Source: Candidatus Moraniibacteriota bacterium
Lineage (GTDB): Bacteria; Patescibacteriota; Minisyncoccia; Moranbacterales; UBA2206
Direction: 5' to 3'
Length of the DNA: 64,000 bases
NCBI GenBank assembly: GCA_003543115.1
Contig: DPJH01000036.1
Coordinates: forward strand, 9,182 to 73,181
The notes under the pieces are model-generated. The model searched no databases, was not told the DNA's origin, and worked only from the letters and a program-made list of their open reading frames with translations. The stretch's first letter is position 1. Each line of letters opens with the position of its first letter. Positions 28,387 to 37,190 of the stretch are shown here, in pieces. The position numbers were made by a program, and so were the translations under genes.

Positions 28387-30213
28387 TTATTCTCCTTCAT
28401 TATCAAAATCCTTCTTGGCTTGCTCAATTTCAAGCATTTGAGCCGGATCAGTTGTAATAACCTGATCTTCGCCATAAGAAGCTACGACTTTGATAGCTAC
28501 ATGTTTTGTTCCGGCAAAGAAAATTCCTTCACCCACATTGCTTTCAAGAAGAAGGAATTTCTCCTGATCGGTCAGATAAAATGTTTCCGATATGACATCA
28601 ATGGCTGCTGGAGATTGTTTGAGCAAGAGCTGGATAGATGAATTGGTAACGATCGGTTTTCCATAGCGGGAAGAAAGAAAATCATTCACGTCTTGAGTGA
28701 TGGTAGTGAGTCCAGTATAATATTTCCTGCATCTTTTTGCAATTCCAAAAAGGAAAGAAGCGGCATCATCATATTTCATCATTACCCAGGCTTCGTCTAC
28801 AAGAACAATTCTTTTTCGTACGTTGGCTCGCATTTCATTCCAGATGAAATGAAGCACGATATACATGGCGATAGGGCGCAATTCATCTTCCATATCACGA
28901 ATATTGAAAACCACTAATTTATTATCAGCAATAATATTGGTTGGATTGTTGAGAAATCCGGCAAAGATACCATCGGTATATTTTTCCAGCCGAATAGCTA
29001 AATCCTCTCCCCCATCCATGTTGCGCAAAACTTGGTAGAGATCGGTGATTGTCGGGTAAGCTTCTTTGGGAATGGAATTAAAAGGAGTTTGGGCATTAAT
29101 ATCCCGGATAGCATAGGTTTCATGGATGGCTCTGTCAAGAATAGAATCTTCTTCCGGCGTAATATTTCCCAGCATAAGATGAAGAAGGCCTAAAAGGTTG
29201 GCAATGTTGTTTCGCAAAATATCAGCCGGATCCTCGTCATCCGAAATTTTTGGCAAATCAAACGGATTGAGGTGATTGTGGGAATTAAGGGATATTTTCA
29301 GAAAAGACCCCTGGACGGTGTCGCAAAGATGCCTATATTCATTTTCTGGGTCAATAATAATAACATCCGTTCCAATCATCAAAGAGCGCAGAACTTCCAG
29401 TTTTATGGTATAGCTTTTTCCAGCTCCGGATTTGGCAAAAACCACCATATTGCCATTTTCCATTTTGAAGCGATCAAAAAGAATGAGACTGTTATTGTGC
29501 CTATTGATGCCATAAAGAATGCCCTCATCATTGGAAAGCGTGGAAGAGACAAAAGGAAAAGTGGTGGAGAGAGGAGCGGAATTCATGTTGGTGCCGATAT
29601 TAATTTCATCATTGGCAAGCGGTATGGTTGAATTGAATCCTTGCTCTGTTCGGAATATGGCAGGCTTGGTATAAACCAATTGTGCTTCCAGAATAGACTC
29701 GATGCTTCTGGCTGATTTTTCCAATTCTTCTTCACTTGCTCCGTAAACAGTTATATATAAGCCGAAACGAAAGAACTTTTCCGTTCCTTGTTGCAGCTTG
29801 TCTCTCAGTTCTTCAATGTCATTGATAGCGGTTTCCAGAGCTGGGTCGCGAATCATCCCACTTTCTTCTTCAATATGGATCTGAGATTGCACTTGTGTGG
29901 AGCTTCTGCGAAGATTTTTAAGGATATCATAAGTGTCGATGGGATGCACGAACATGGAAATATCCATAGGCATGTCTATGTTTATGATCGGAGAGAACCA
30001 GTTGCTGTGAAGATATCGAGGATAGGAAATTACGAAAATTGTTCGAGCAAAAGTCTCTCCCATGCGGATTGATTTGGGAGTTATTTTAATAGAAGCAGGC
30101 GCTATGATATCTTGCAGCTTGGCTATTCCTTCTTGATAATATTTTTCTGAAGCAAGGATCTCATCTCTTTCTTCAGGCTTCATGGCGCTTTTTTTATTAA
30201 AAAAATCGAACAT
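28387..30213 (-). CDS. virB4: VirB4-like T4SS ATPase
   Basis: Walker A AKSGAGKS, IIDPENEY, NPFDL, Walker B VLVDEAW, RKYYTG..ITQ. Confidence 0.92.
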   Translation of the reverse strand: MFDFFNKKSAMKPEERDEILASEKYYQEGIAKLQDIIAPASIKITPKSIRMGETFARTIFVISYPRYLHSNWFSPIINIDMPMDISMFVHPIDTYDILKNLRRSSTQVQSQIHIEEESGMIRDPALETAINDIEELRDKLQQGTEKFFRFGLYITVYGASEEELEKSARSIESILEAQLVYTKPAIFRTEQGFNSTIPLANDEINIGTNMNSAPLSTTFPFVSSTLSNDEGILYGINRHNNSLILFDRFKMENGNMVVFAKSGAGKSYTIKLEVLRSLMIGTDVIIIDPENEYRHLCDTVQGSFLKISLNSHNHLNPFDLPKISDDEDPADILRNNIANLLGLLHLMLGNITPEEDSILDRAIHETYAIRDINAQTPFNSIPKEAYPTITDLYQVLRNMDGGEDLAIRLEKYTDGIFAGFLNNPTNIIADNKLVVFNIRDMEDELRPIAMYIVLHFIWNEMRANVRKRIVLVDEAWVMMKYDDAASFLFGIAKRCRKYYTGLTTITQDVNDFLSSRYGKPIVTNSSIQLLLKQSPAAIDVISETFYLTDQEKFLLLESNVGEGIFFAGTKHVAIKVVASYGEDQVITTDPAQMLEIEQAKKDFDNEGE

Positions 30214-30239
30214 AAGGTATGAATTTTATAATTTTTTAA

Positions 30240-30926
30240 TTATTGTATTTCCAGATTATTTACATCCCCGATTTCTGGATTGGTAAATAAGTTAGGGTTA
30301 TAGGAATTATATAGCAGCTCAACTATTTCTTGTGTTTTGAGCGGAGTGAGGCGGAGTCCGATGCCGGAAAGAGACGCGGTGATATGATCCAGTCTTTGGA
30401 AAAGCTGATTTTTATATGTTTCAAAATGCTCTCTTTTTGCCTGGATACTTTTTCGGGGATTAAAATGGTCCATCATATTGCCTAAAAAACCCTTACCCTC
30501 ATTTTCTACCGGGGAAAACGGAACAACAATGTAGAAATTCTTATCCATAATATTGGAAACAGAAACTAATTGCTGGATAAAATTTTGGTATTCCGAAATT
30601 TGAAATTTCAGAAGATCGTTTTTCTGTTGGCGTGATTTTTTCTCAATGAAATCAAGATAATCGGAAATATTGAGCTTTCTGGAGCTTATGACGATTTGAA
30701 CCGGAAAATCAAGGGAATTGAGAAAAGCTTGATATTGCATTATTATAGCATCTTGTTCCTCGGTTGATTTAAGATCAAAATTAATGGCAGAAACAGCCAT
30801 TATGGCTCTCATTGAGCCATTTTTTAGAATAATAACATCTTCTTTCACTTCAGCTACGTCTAAAAATATTTGGGTGGCTGAAGCGTTATTTTGGCCGGAT
30901 AGTTTGTTTGAATGTAAAATTTCCAT
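30240..30926 (-). CDS. TraC-like / VirB4-partner protein
   Basis: INFDLKSTEEQDAI..YQAFLNSLDFPVQI; lies between prgI and virB4. Confidence 0.7.
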   Translation of the reverse strand: MEILHSNKLSGQNNASATQIFLDVAEVKEDVIILKNGSMRAIMAVSAINFDLKSTEEQDAIIMQYQAFLNSLDFPVQIVISSRKLNISDYLDFIEKKSRQQKNDLLKFQISEYQNFIQQLVSVSNIMDKNFYIVVPFSPVENEGKGFLGNMMDHFNPRKSIQAKREHFETYKNQLFQRLDHITASLSGIGLRLTPLKTQEIVELLYNSYNPNLFTNPEIGDVNNLEIQ

Positions 30927-31330
30927 TATTTTTTCTTTATTTCTAGCAATTGGGATACTTTTTTAATTTCTTCAAGGCTGATTTCTTTGTTAGTGTGAAC
31001 GGATGACTTTTCATTGATTATTTTTGTGTGTTTGAATAAGTTTTTGGTGTCTGGCATTCTTCTCCACATATATATTTTTGGCTTGGAGAAAAATATGAAT
31101 ATTGATCCTAGAGCGGATATAAGAGGTTGTCCATTGGGCCGATAGAAAGCCAGTCCTCCAAAAATAAAAGCTACAAAAAAAGTTGACACAACAAAGGCTG
31201 CCAAATCAAGAACGCTCCAAAGTAAAAGAAGACACACTCCTCCTGCTGCCAGCCATCCTAATTGTTTGGCGGTCAAAGGGCCGACGATCTTATCTTCGAT
31301 ATCAATAAATTGTGGGATGTTGAATATCAT
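30926..31330 (-). CDS. prgI: PrgI-family (VirB3-like) membrane protein
   Basis: IPQFIDIEDKIVGPLTAKQL followed by two TMs. Confidence 0.85.
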   Translation of the reverse strand: MIFNIPQFIDIEDKIVGPLTAKQLGWLAAGGVCLLLLWSVLDLAAFVVSTFFVAFIFGGLAFYRPNGQPLISALGSIFIFFSKPKIYMWRRMPDTKNLFKHTKIINEKSSVHTNKEISLEEIKKVSQLLEIKKK

Positions 31331-31348
31331 GGAATTAATTTTTGAATT

Positions 31349-32635
31349 TTATATCTCTCTTAAGTTTACCACATTTTTTCCGCTTGGTCTTGGAGGTGCG
31401 GGCTTTTTTTCGAGAACGACAGTGTTTGTTTTCGGTGTGGATGATTGGTAGGGCTTGACCGGCAAATTATCGGGTGATTGCGGAGTCGAAAAATATTTTT
31501 TTTGTTTCGCTATAGGATCCTTTTCATATTCATAAGGAAGTTTTTGGGGAGAGGAAAAAGTCATTTTGTTAGTTTGCAGTTCGCTTGCCTGCTCGCCTTG
31601 CTCTCGACTCGTCGAAGCGGGCCGGCGAGGCGGGTAGTTCGTAGTTTGTGGCGAGTTGTTGTCTGTGTATGGTTGGCCGTGGTCATTTTTCTTGTTAGCT
31701 TCAATTGGTCGTGACGTAGATGATTCTGTTTCAGCGATAGATGTTGCCGGTGCAGTTTGAATTTTGGGCTTCAATGTTTCTGGAACGTTTCTGCCTGCTG
31801 CGGGAGAGGTGAAAGGCGGAAAAACTATTTGTCTGGTTGTTTTGTTGATGGAAATGGGAGTTTCATCGTTGAATGATTTTAGGATATATGTCAGTTTTTG
31901 TCTGTCGGAAGAACTCATTTTCTTGGTGTTTTCACTATGAAATAGATAGTTTCCGATTTCAATGGCGCTATGTTTTTCATATCCGAAATATGAAGTGTAG
32001 TCAGCTAGCCAGTTTGCAAGCGATGGACGCACCGATTCCGGAAAGCTGAGAATCTTGATGCGTTGCGAGGTGATGATCTGTTCTCCGATGTCCGGAATCT
32101 CTTTGAGTGCCTGAAAAATAGGCATTTTCATCAGTGAGGGCGCGTTTTGTTCTTGTGATCCGACAGAATTTTTGGAGAGTGGTTCCTGCAAGGACAGTTC
32201 GCGTGCCTTAGAAAGAATTCTAGATGAAATATCTTGCGCAATTTGATTGCAGGCCGCTGAATCTATGCCAAGATTTTTTTCTAACAGGCCATTGATATCT
32301 TCCCATTCTTTAGTTCGGCACAATTGCCATACGATGTGGGGCAGCGCATCTCTTTGTTTTTGGGATAGATTGAATTTTTTAGCCAAATCATCATAGAAAA
32401 GGGCATGCTCAAAAGAAAGCAGAAAAAAAATCAAATTACTGTCCATTCCAGAGAGGGTGTTGGGAAAAATTTGCGCATTGGCGTTTTGTTTCTTCCATTT
32501 TTCCAGTAATTCTTTTTTTGTTTCGGCTATTTCTTCGGCTATTTTTTGTTTTTCCAGTTCTAAATCATAGCCTTGGTATGAAGGATTGCTTTGATTGAAC
32601 CTATTGTAATCAGTCTTATTTTGATATGTTGGCAT
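31349..32635 (-). CDS. Hypothetical protein with Pro/Ser/Thr-rich disordered C-terminus
   Basis: Long ORF co-oriented in the operon, ending NVVNLREI. Confidence 0.65.
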   Translation of the reverse strand: MPTYQNKTDYNRFNQSNPSYQGYDLELEKQKIAEEIAETKKELLEKWKKQNANAQIFPNTLSGMDSNLIFFLLSFEHALFYDDLAKKFNLSQKQRDALPHIVWQLCRTKEWEDINGLLEKNLGIDSAACNQIAQDISSRILSKARELSLQEPLSKNSVGSQEQNAPSLMKMPIFQALKEIPDIGEQIITSQRIKILSFPESVRPSLANWLADYTSYFGYEKHSAIEIGNYLFHSENTKKMSSSDRQKLTYILKSFNDETPISINKTTRQIVFPPFTSPAAGRNVPETLKPKIQTAPATSIAETESSTSRPIEANKKNDHGQPYTDNNSPQTTNYPPRRPASTSREQGEQASELQTNKMTFSSPQKLPYEYEKDPIAKQKKYFSTPQSPDNLPVKPYQSSTPKTNTVVLEKKPAPPRPSGKNVVNLREI

Positions 32636-32655
32636 TTTATATAATATTTTAAATT

Positions 32656-33054
32656 CTAAAATTGAAAAACTGCCTGATTGTCTTTGATATATTGAATAAT
32701 CATATTCAATCTTTGTTGATTTTTGGTTGCGTTTTCTCCTAAGTTTTTATCCATGGCTTCAGAAATTTCAAAAGCTTCTTTTGTGATATAATCTTTTCTG
32801 ATTGTTTCAAGAAGCTCTGTTTTGTAGTTTTCCGGAGCATTTTTGCCGATATATTCTATATTAGCTTCTGAAATGCCGGCTATTATGCTCGGATAGGAAA
32901 AGGAATATACGCTTGATAAGAGAAGCTCTTCCCCTTTGAGGGACAGTATGTGTTGGGCTAATGCAACTTTTTGTTGGATAGTGTCTTGCGGGAAGGCAAT
33001 GTGGGGTATCGCAAATTTATCTAAAATTTCTTCACTAATGATATCGCTAAACAT
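32656..33054 (-). CDS. Hypothetical acidic protein
   Basis: 132 aa ORF, tight spacing to both neighbours. Confidence 0.6.
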   Translation of the reverse strand: MFSDIISEEILDKFAIPHIAFPQDTIQQKVALAQHILSLKGEELLLSSVYSFSYPSIIAGISEANIEYIGKNAPENYKTELLETIRKDYITKEAFEISEAMDKNLGENATKNQQRLNMIIQYIKDNQAVFQF

Positions 33055-33071
33055 GTTTTTAAGTAAAATAA

Positions 33072-34964
33072 TTAGGTCCAGAGAGCGTCAACCACTCCCC
33101 TGGCTTTTGCTGCGGCAGTATTAATTTCTGGCGTTGTCGGCTTATCGTTTGTTTCTGCAACTTTATGCGCTTGCTTGGCCTTATCATTAAGCACTTTCCA
33201 ATTGAGAGCGATTTGTTGCTTGATATAATTTTCTTTTTGTTCAGAATTTTTTCCTTGCATATTTGTAGCGTGCATTCTATTTCTTGGATCGAGAACCTCG
33301 CTTCTTACTTTCAATTCAAATTCATCCTTTTTGCTAGTATCAGTTTTAAGATGATGTAGCATGGATGCCACTTTAACAGCTTCTCCATATCGTTTAGACG
33401 GATCTTTGTGGTGTAAGTCAGCTTTTAATATCTGATGAACAAGACTGTCTTTTCCAATCGCATCAATGTGATCATTTTCATCAGCTTTTTCCTTATATTT
33501 CTTTCTGAATTCTTCCACCCTCTTGTTTTTACTGGCATCTTTCCATCCTTTTTTGCCTCCAGTGACTCCTCCTGCAATTTGAGACTCTCGTTCTTCTTTG
33601 CCGCTCTTAAATAAGAATCTTGAATATTTATTATCCATTCCAAAAATTTTCCCGCTCTTTCTTGTGTTTTCCCATCCTTTCTTTATTCCACCTGGAATGC
33701 CAGTTGTGTTCCATGCGCCTTTTCCAAAGCTTTTCGCCATACCAATGCCTTTTCCGCGCACTTTTCCAAGAATTGATCCTGCTCCGTCAATTCCCTTCAC
33801 TGCCATGCCCATTCCTATCCAAAGTATAACAATAGGAGGAATAAATCTTGTCATACCTATAACAATATTGTTGGGCGCTGCTTCCATGCCTCCTATAAAC
33901 CCAACATCATTAGTTACGGCTGCCAATGTATTCATTAATTGTGTTGATATATAAAGAACCAGAGCGATAATTGGTCCAGCCATGGCATATTTGAAAAGAT
34001 TGTTCCACCATTCTCCGCCCTTTCCAATAATAGATCCTGCAAACCCGATAGGAGAAAAAATTATTATAATTCCTAGGGCAATAGTTCGTATGAGCAGTAT
34101 GAAGGCGAGAGCTAAAATAGTAAGAGCCAAGACAAAAATAAATATAATAGAAGCAAGCATTTGAGGAATATTAGCTTTTTTGTCTGTTATGATAATTTGC
34201 AGGTTATCGAAGGCAGATATGCTTGTTATTATTTCTCCCCCAGATTTATTGCTACCCATTAAGTTGTCAAGCAGGGTATACATAAGGGAATTGCTAATAT
34301 CAATAATAAAACGAGTAATAGGAAAACTGAAGTTCACTAAAAGTGCCATAATAACCAACCAAAGCAGTATATTTTTATAGTTATATTTGCTATATTGAAA
34401 AACAGTGGAAAAAGCGGAAAAAAGAAGAACTAAAATAAAGCCTATATTGCAAAGATCTCTGACTTTGCTCCATATTTCATATATAGCTGGATCAGAAAGC
34501 ATAGCTGAGGCAGTGTTTGCATCAATTACTTTTGAAAATAACAAAACAGCTAGATTGAGTATCCATCCAGTAAAATAAAGGACGCCCTGAAGTAACCACA
34601 TAATGGCGCCTTCAGCTGCATCTCCAACAGCTCCTGTAAATTCCTTGTCATTCTTAACTTCTTGTATTAGTCCAGCTGATTTTGTGAAAAATGGATATCC
34701 CGATGTACCTTTTTTTATAAAATCTGTTCCATATTTATAACGTCCACCATTTGATCCGCATTTTTTTTCGCATGCCTCTTTTGTCGGAGCTGTTGTTGAA
34801 TCGCCTGTTGCATAGCTTACAATATCACCAATATTTGCCTGAAAACAAGTACATGTATTTGATGCGGCTAAAATAGGCGTTGTATCAAAAAACAAAAAAC
34901 CGGCAGATATGATAAATATCGCTAAGAGTGTTGTGAATATTTTTTCCCTTTTTTGGTCTTTCAA
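33072..34964 (-). CDS. VirB6/TrbL-like polytopic membrane protein with a basic C-terminal extension
   Basis: WSKVRDLCN, LLVNFSFPITRFIIDISN, RTIALGIIIIFSPIGF, WWNNL; Cys-rich N-terminal domain. Confidence 0.75.
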   Translation of the reverse strand: MKDQKREKIFTTLLAIFIISAGFLFFDTTPILAASNTCTCFQANIGDIVSYATGDSTTAPTKEACEKKCGSNGGRYKYGTDFIKKGTSGYPFFTKSAGLIQEVKNDKEFTGAVGDAAEGAIMWLLQGVLYFTGWILNLAVLLFSKVIDANTASAMLSDPAIYEIWSKVRDLCNIGFILVLLFSAFSTVFQYSKYNYKNILLWLVIMALLVNFSFPITRFIIDISNSLMYTLLDNLMGSNKSGGEIITSISAFDNLQIIITDKKANIPQMLASIIFIFVLALTILALAFILLIRTIALGIIIIFSPIGFAGSIIGKGGEWWNNLFKYAMAGPIIALVLYISTQLMNTLAAVTNDVGFIGGMEAAPNNIVIGMTRFIPPIVILWIGMGMAVKGIDGAGSILGKVRGKGIGMAKSFGKGAWNTTGIPGGIKKGWENTRKSGKIFGMDNKYSRFLFKSGKEERESQIAGGVTGGKKGWKDASKNKRVEEFRKKYKEKADENDHIDAIGKDSLVHQILKADLHHKDPSKRYGEAVKVASMLHHLKTDTSKKDEFELKVRSEVLDPRNRMHATNMQGKNSEQKENYIKQQIALNWKVLNDKAKQAHKVAETNDKPTTPEINTAAAKARGVVDALWT

Positions 34965-35011
34965 CTTTTTCGTATATGAAATGATTTCTATTATTTTATC
35001 CAGTCAATTTC

Positions 35012-35965
35012 CTATGTCGGATTGTCCGGATTGACCCATGGTTTGGCCTCTCCTTCCGGTGCTTCATTTTCTTCGCTATTTTGAGCGTCTTGGTCTTCTT
35101 CTCCCGTGTTTTCCTGAGATTTTCCGATTCCGTCTTGAATGGTTTGGGATACGAATTGGGTGACCATTCCGGCTATCACATCTTGCATGCTGGTGGCGCT
35201 GGAAATGGAATCAAAGCTCATGGCATTGGCATTGCTTAACTGGGAAGCGATATAGGCTCCGGGAGTGACAACCTTTCCATTTTTTTCGGTCCCCTTATAT
35301 CCCATGCCGGCGATAGCTTTGACCTCGGCGATTTGTCTTGTTTCTTCCAGTTTCTTTTGATACATGCTCTGGACATATAGTTGGTAGGACCAGGGATTGT
35401 TGATTCCGGAAAGATAGGAATTAAAATTGTTGAGATTCCCATCGCTAAAGAGATTTTCACTTGGATTGCCCACATAAGTCGTTTTCAATTTCTTGGTTTC
35501 TGATTGAATCATTGATTTAGCCATACTGGAGAGTTGTTTTTTGAAGTCAGCTCCTCCGCTGCCTTGAGGAAAATAATCGCCAATGCCTTCAGCTGAAACA
35601 TAGCTGCTCAGATCTTGTCCGCCAACACTTTCACTTATATAGTCATTTATATAGACTTGGGCGCTTTTTTCCGATTGGGTGAAAAGATAGTCCTTATAAT
35701 TGCTGATTATTTTGCTGTCTTTCGAGCTGCTTCCCCCGACAACATTGCTTACTTGTTCGCTGATCATCTTGATTGCCATCTGTTTCATGGCGCCGGTAAG
35801 AATATTTTTGACCATGTCTTGCACATAAGCCATGATTCTGTTTACCAAAGTAGCCGGTATGGCCATCCAGGCATCGGCTTTTTGGGCTTGGACAGGAGCA
35901 AAAGCCAAGCCGATAGAAAAAATAAAAACAAAAATAATTTTACGAAAATTTGATTTAGACTTCAT
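35012..35965 (-). CDS. Exported helical protein of the T4SS-like locus
   Basis: Signal peptide; helical; NNPW and VVTPG motifs. Confidence 0.6.
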   Translation of the reverse strand: MKSKSNFRKIIFVFIFSIGLAFAPVQAQKADAWMAIPATLVNRIMAYVQDMVKNILTGAMKQMAIKMISEQVSNVVGGSSSKDSKIISNYKDYLFTQSEKSAQVYINDYISESVGGQDLSSYVSAEGIGDYFPQGSGGADFKKQLSSMAKSMIQSETKKLKTTYVGNPSENLFSDGNLNNFNSYLSGINNPWSYQLYVQSMYQKKLEETRQIAEVKAIAGMGYKGTEKNGKVVTPGAYIASQLSNANAMSFDSISSATSMQDVIAGMVTQFVSQTIQDGIGKSQENTGEEDQDAQNSEENEAPEGEAKPWVNPDNPT

Positions 35966-35971
35966 ATTGGT

Positions 35972-37003
35972 TTATTTTATTTCCTCGAGAAAATTATCAG
36001 AAACGGAAACCCCATAATCGTTCAGTTGCTTTTGCATATTGGAATCAAGTTTCAAGTCATACTGCTCTATCTTTTTTGTAATAGAGTCGGAAAAATCAGA
36101 AACAAGCATGGTGGCGCTTTGGATGTTTGAATAATTCACTAGATTGGTCAGAGGATCATCTTGGACCGAATTCACCGAGTTTTTGAGCTGATCGACATAA
36201 CTGATCAGCTGGAGTCCCTTGATGTGGTCCTCAGTCATTTCTTCAGGCACTTCTATATCTTTTATTTGAGAGGATATTTTCTTTAGGGACAAGTCCAGAT
36301 CTTCGATGGAGCTGGAGTTTTGAGAGCTAAGAGCGCTTCCTATTTTCTCCATAACAGAAGAGTTGAGCTTATTGATGTCATCGTTTGAGTTGATCGGTTC
36401 CGGGGAATTGGAAAGTAAGACATAGGAAATTCCGGTGATATAGTCGCTCATATCCTGCTTTTTCTTTTCCAGCTGTTTTTCTTTGGATAATCCATCATAA
36501 TCCTGCTTTTTTATTTTTATTTGCTTGGGGTCTGCAGGAGGCGGGAGTTCTCGGGCGGATTTTTCCTGTTCTATGGATTCATTGACAATAGTTTTTATCT
36601 GTTCGATGGTTTCCTGCTGATTTTCGGAATCTGCATTTTTCAAAGTGGTGGAAATTTTTTTAGAAACCTCTTTGGTGAGATTTCTTTTGTCGGAGTCGTT
36701 ATTTTTTTTATCAGAAAAAGTGTTTGCATCCGGAATCAGCTTGTCTCCGGGCGATGGTTTTTTGGGATCATAGCCGCTTTTTACTTCTGCTCCGTCAGAA
36801 TATCCATCTCCGTCAGTATCCGTTTTGTTGGGATTGGTGCCATAAGTTTTTTCTTCATCATCCGAAAGGCCGTCTTGATCGCTATCAAGGAAGATGTTTT
36901 TAGTGGTGATTGATTTTTCTTCAGCATAAGCATAGAAAGAAAAACTGCTGACGATAAGTATCAATAAAACAGCTAAGGATATTTGAAAGTTTTTTATTTT
37001 CAT
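35972..37003 (-). CDS. Exported protein with a TSP3-like Ca-binding repeat
   Basis: DSDQDGLSDDEEKTYGTNPNKTDTDGDGYSDGAEVKSGYDP. Confidence 0.75.
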   Translation of the reverse strand: MKIKNFQISLAVLLILIVSSFSFYAYAEEKSITTKNIFLDSDQDGLSDDEEKTYGTNPNKTDTDGDGYSDGAEVKSGYDPKKPSPGDKLIPDANTFSDKKNNDSDKRNLTKEVSKKISTTLKNADSENQQETIEQIKTIVNESIEQEKSARELPPPADPKQIKIKKQDYDGLSKEKQLEKKKQDMSDYITGISYVLLSNSPEPINSNDDINKLNSSVMEKIGSALSSQNSSSIEDLDLSLKKISSQIKDIEVPEEMTEDHIKGLQLISYVDQLKNSVNSVQDDPLTNLVNYSNIQSATMLVSDFSDSITKKIEQYDLKLDSNMQKQLNDYGVSVSDNFLEEIK

Positions 37004-37190
37004 CGGATTAGTTTTTGAAGCTAGAAAAATGGGCTTTTTGTAAAATAAATTTCTATAAAAAAAATTTCCAAATCAAGAAGAAGCAGAATATTTCCTATGG
37101 AGAAATTATATCACAAAAAGAAAAAAACAAGAAGTTTTCGAGTGGATGTTCGGCTTGTTAATTTCCAGCCGGGCTGGTATTATGGGTGGT

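Noticed and set aside
20937-37003. Integrative conjugative element
   Set aside because: No relaxase, coupling protein, integrase or att repeats visible
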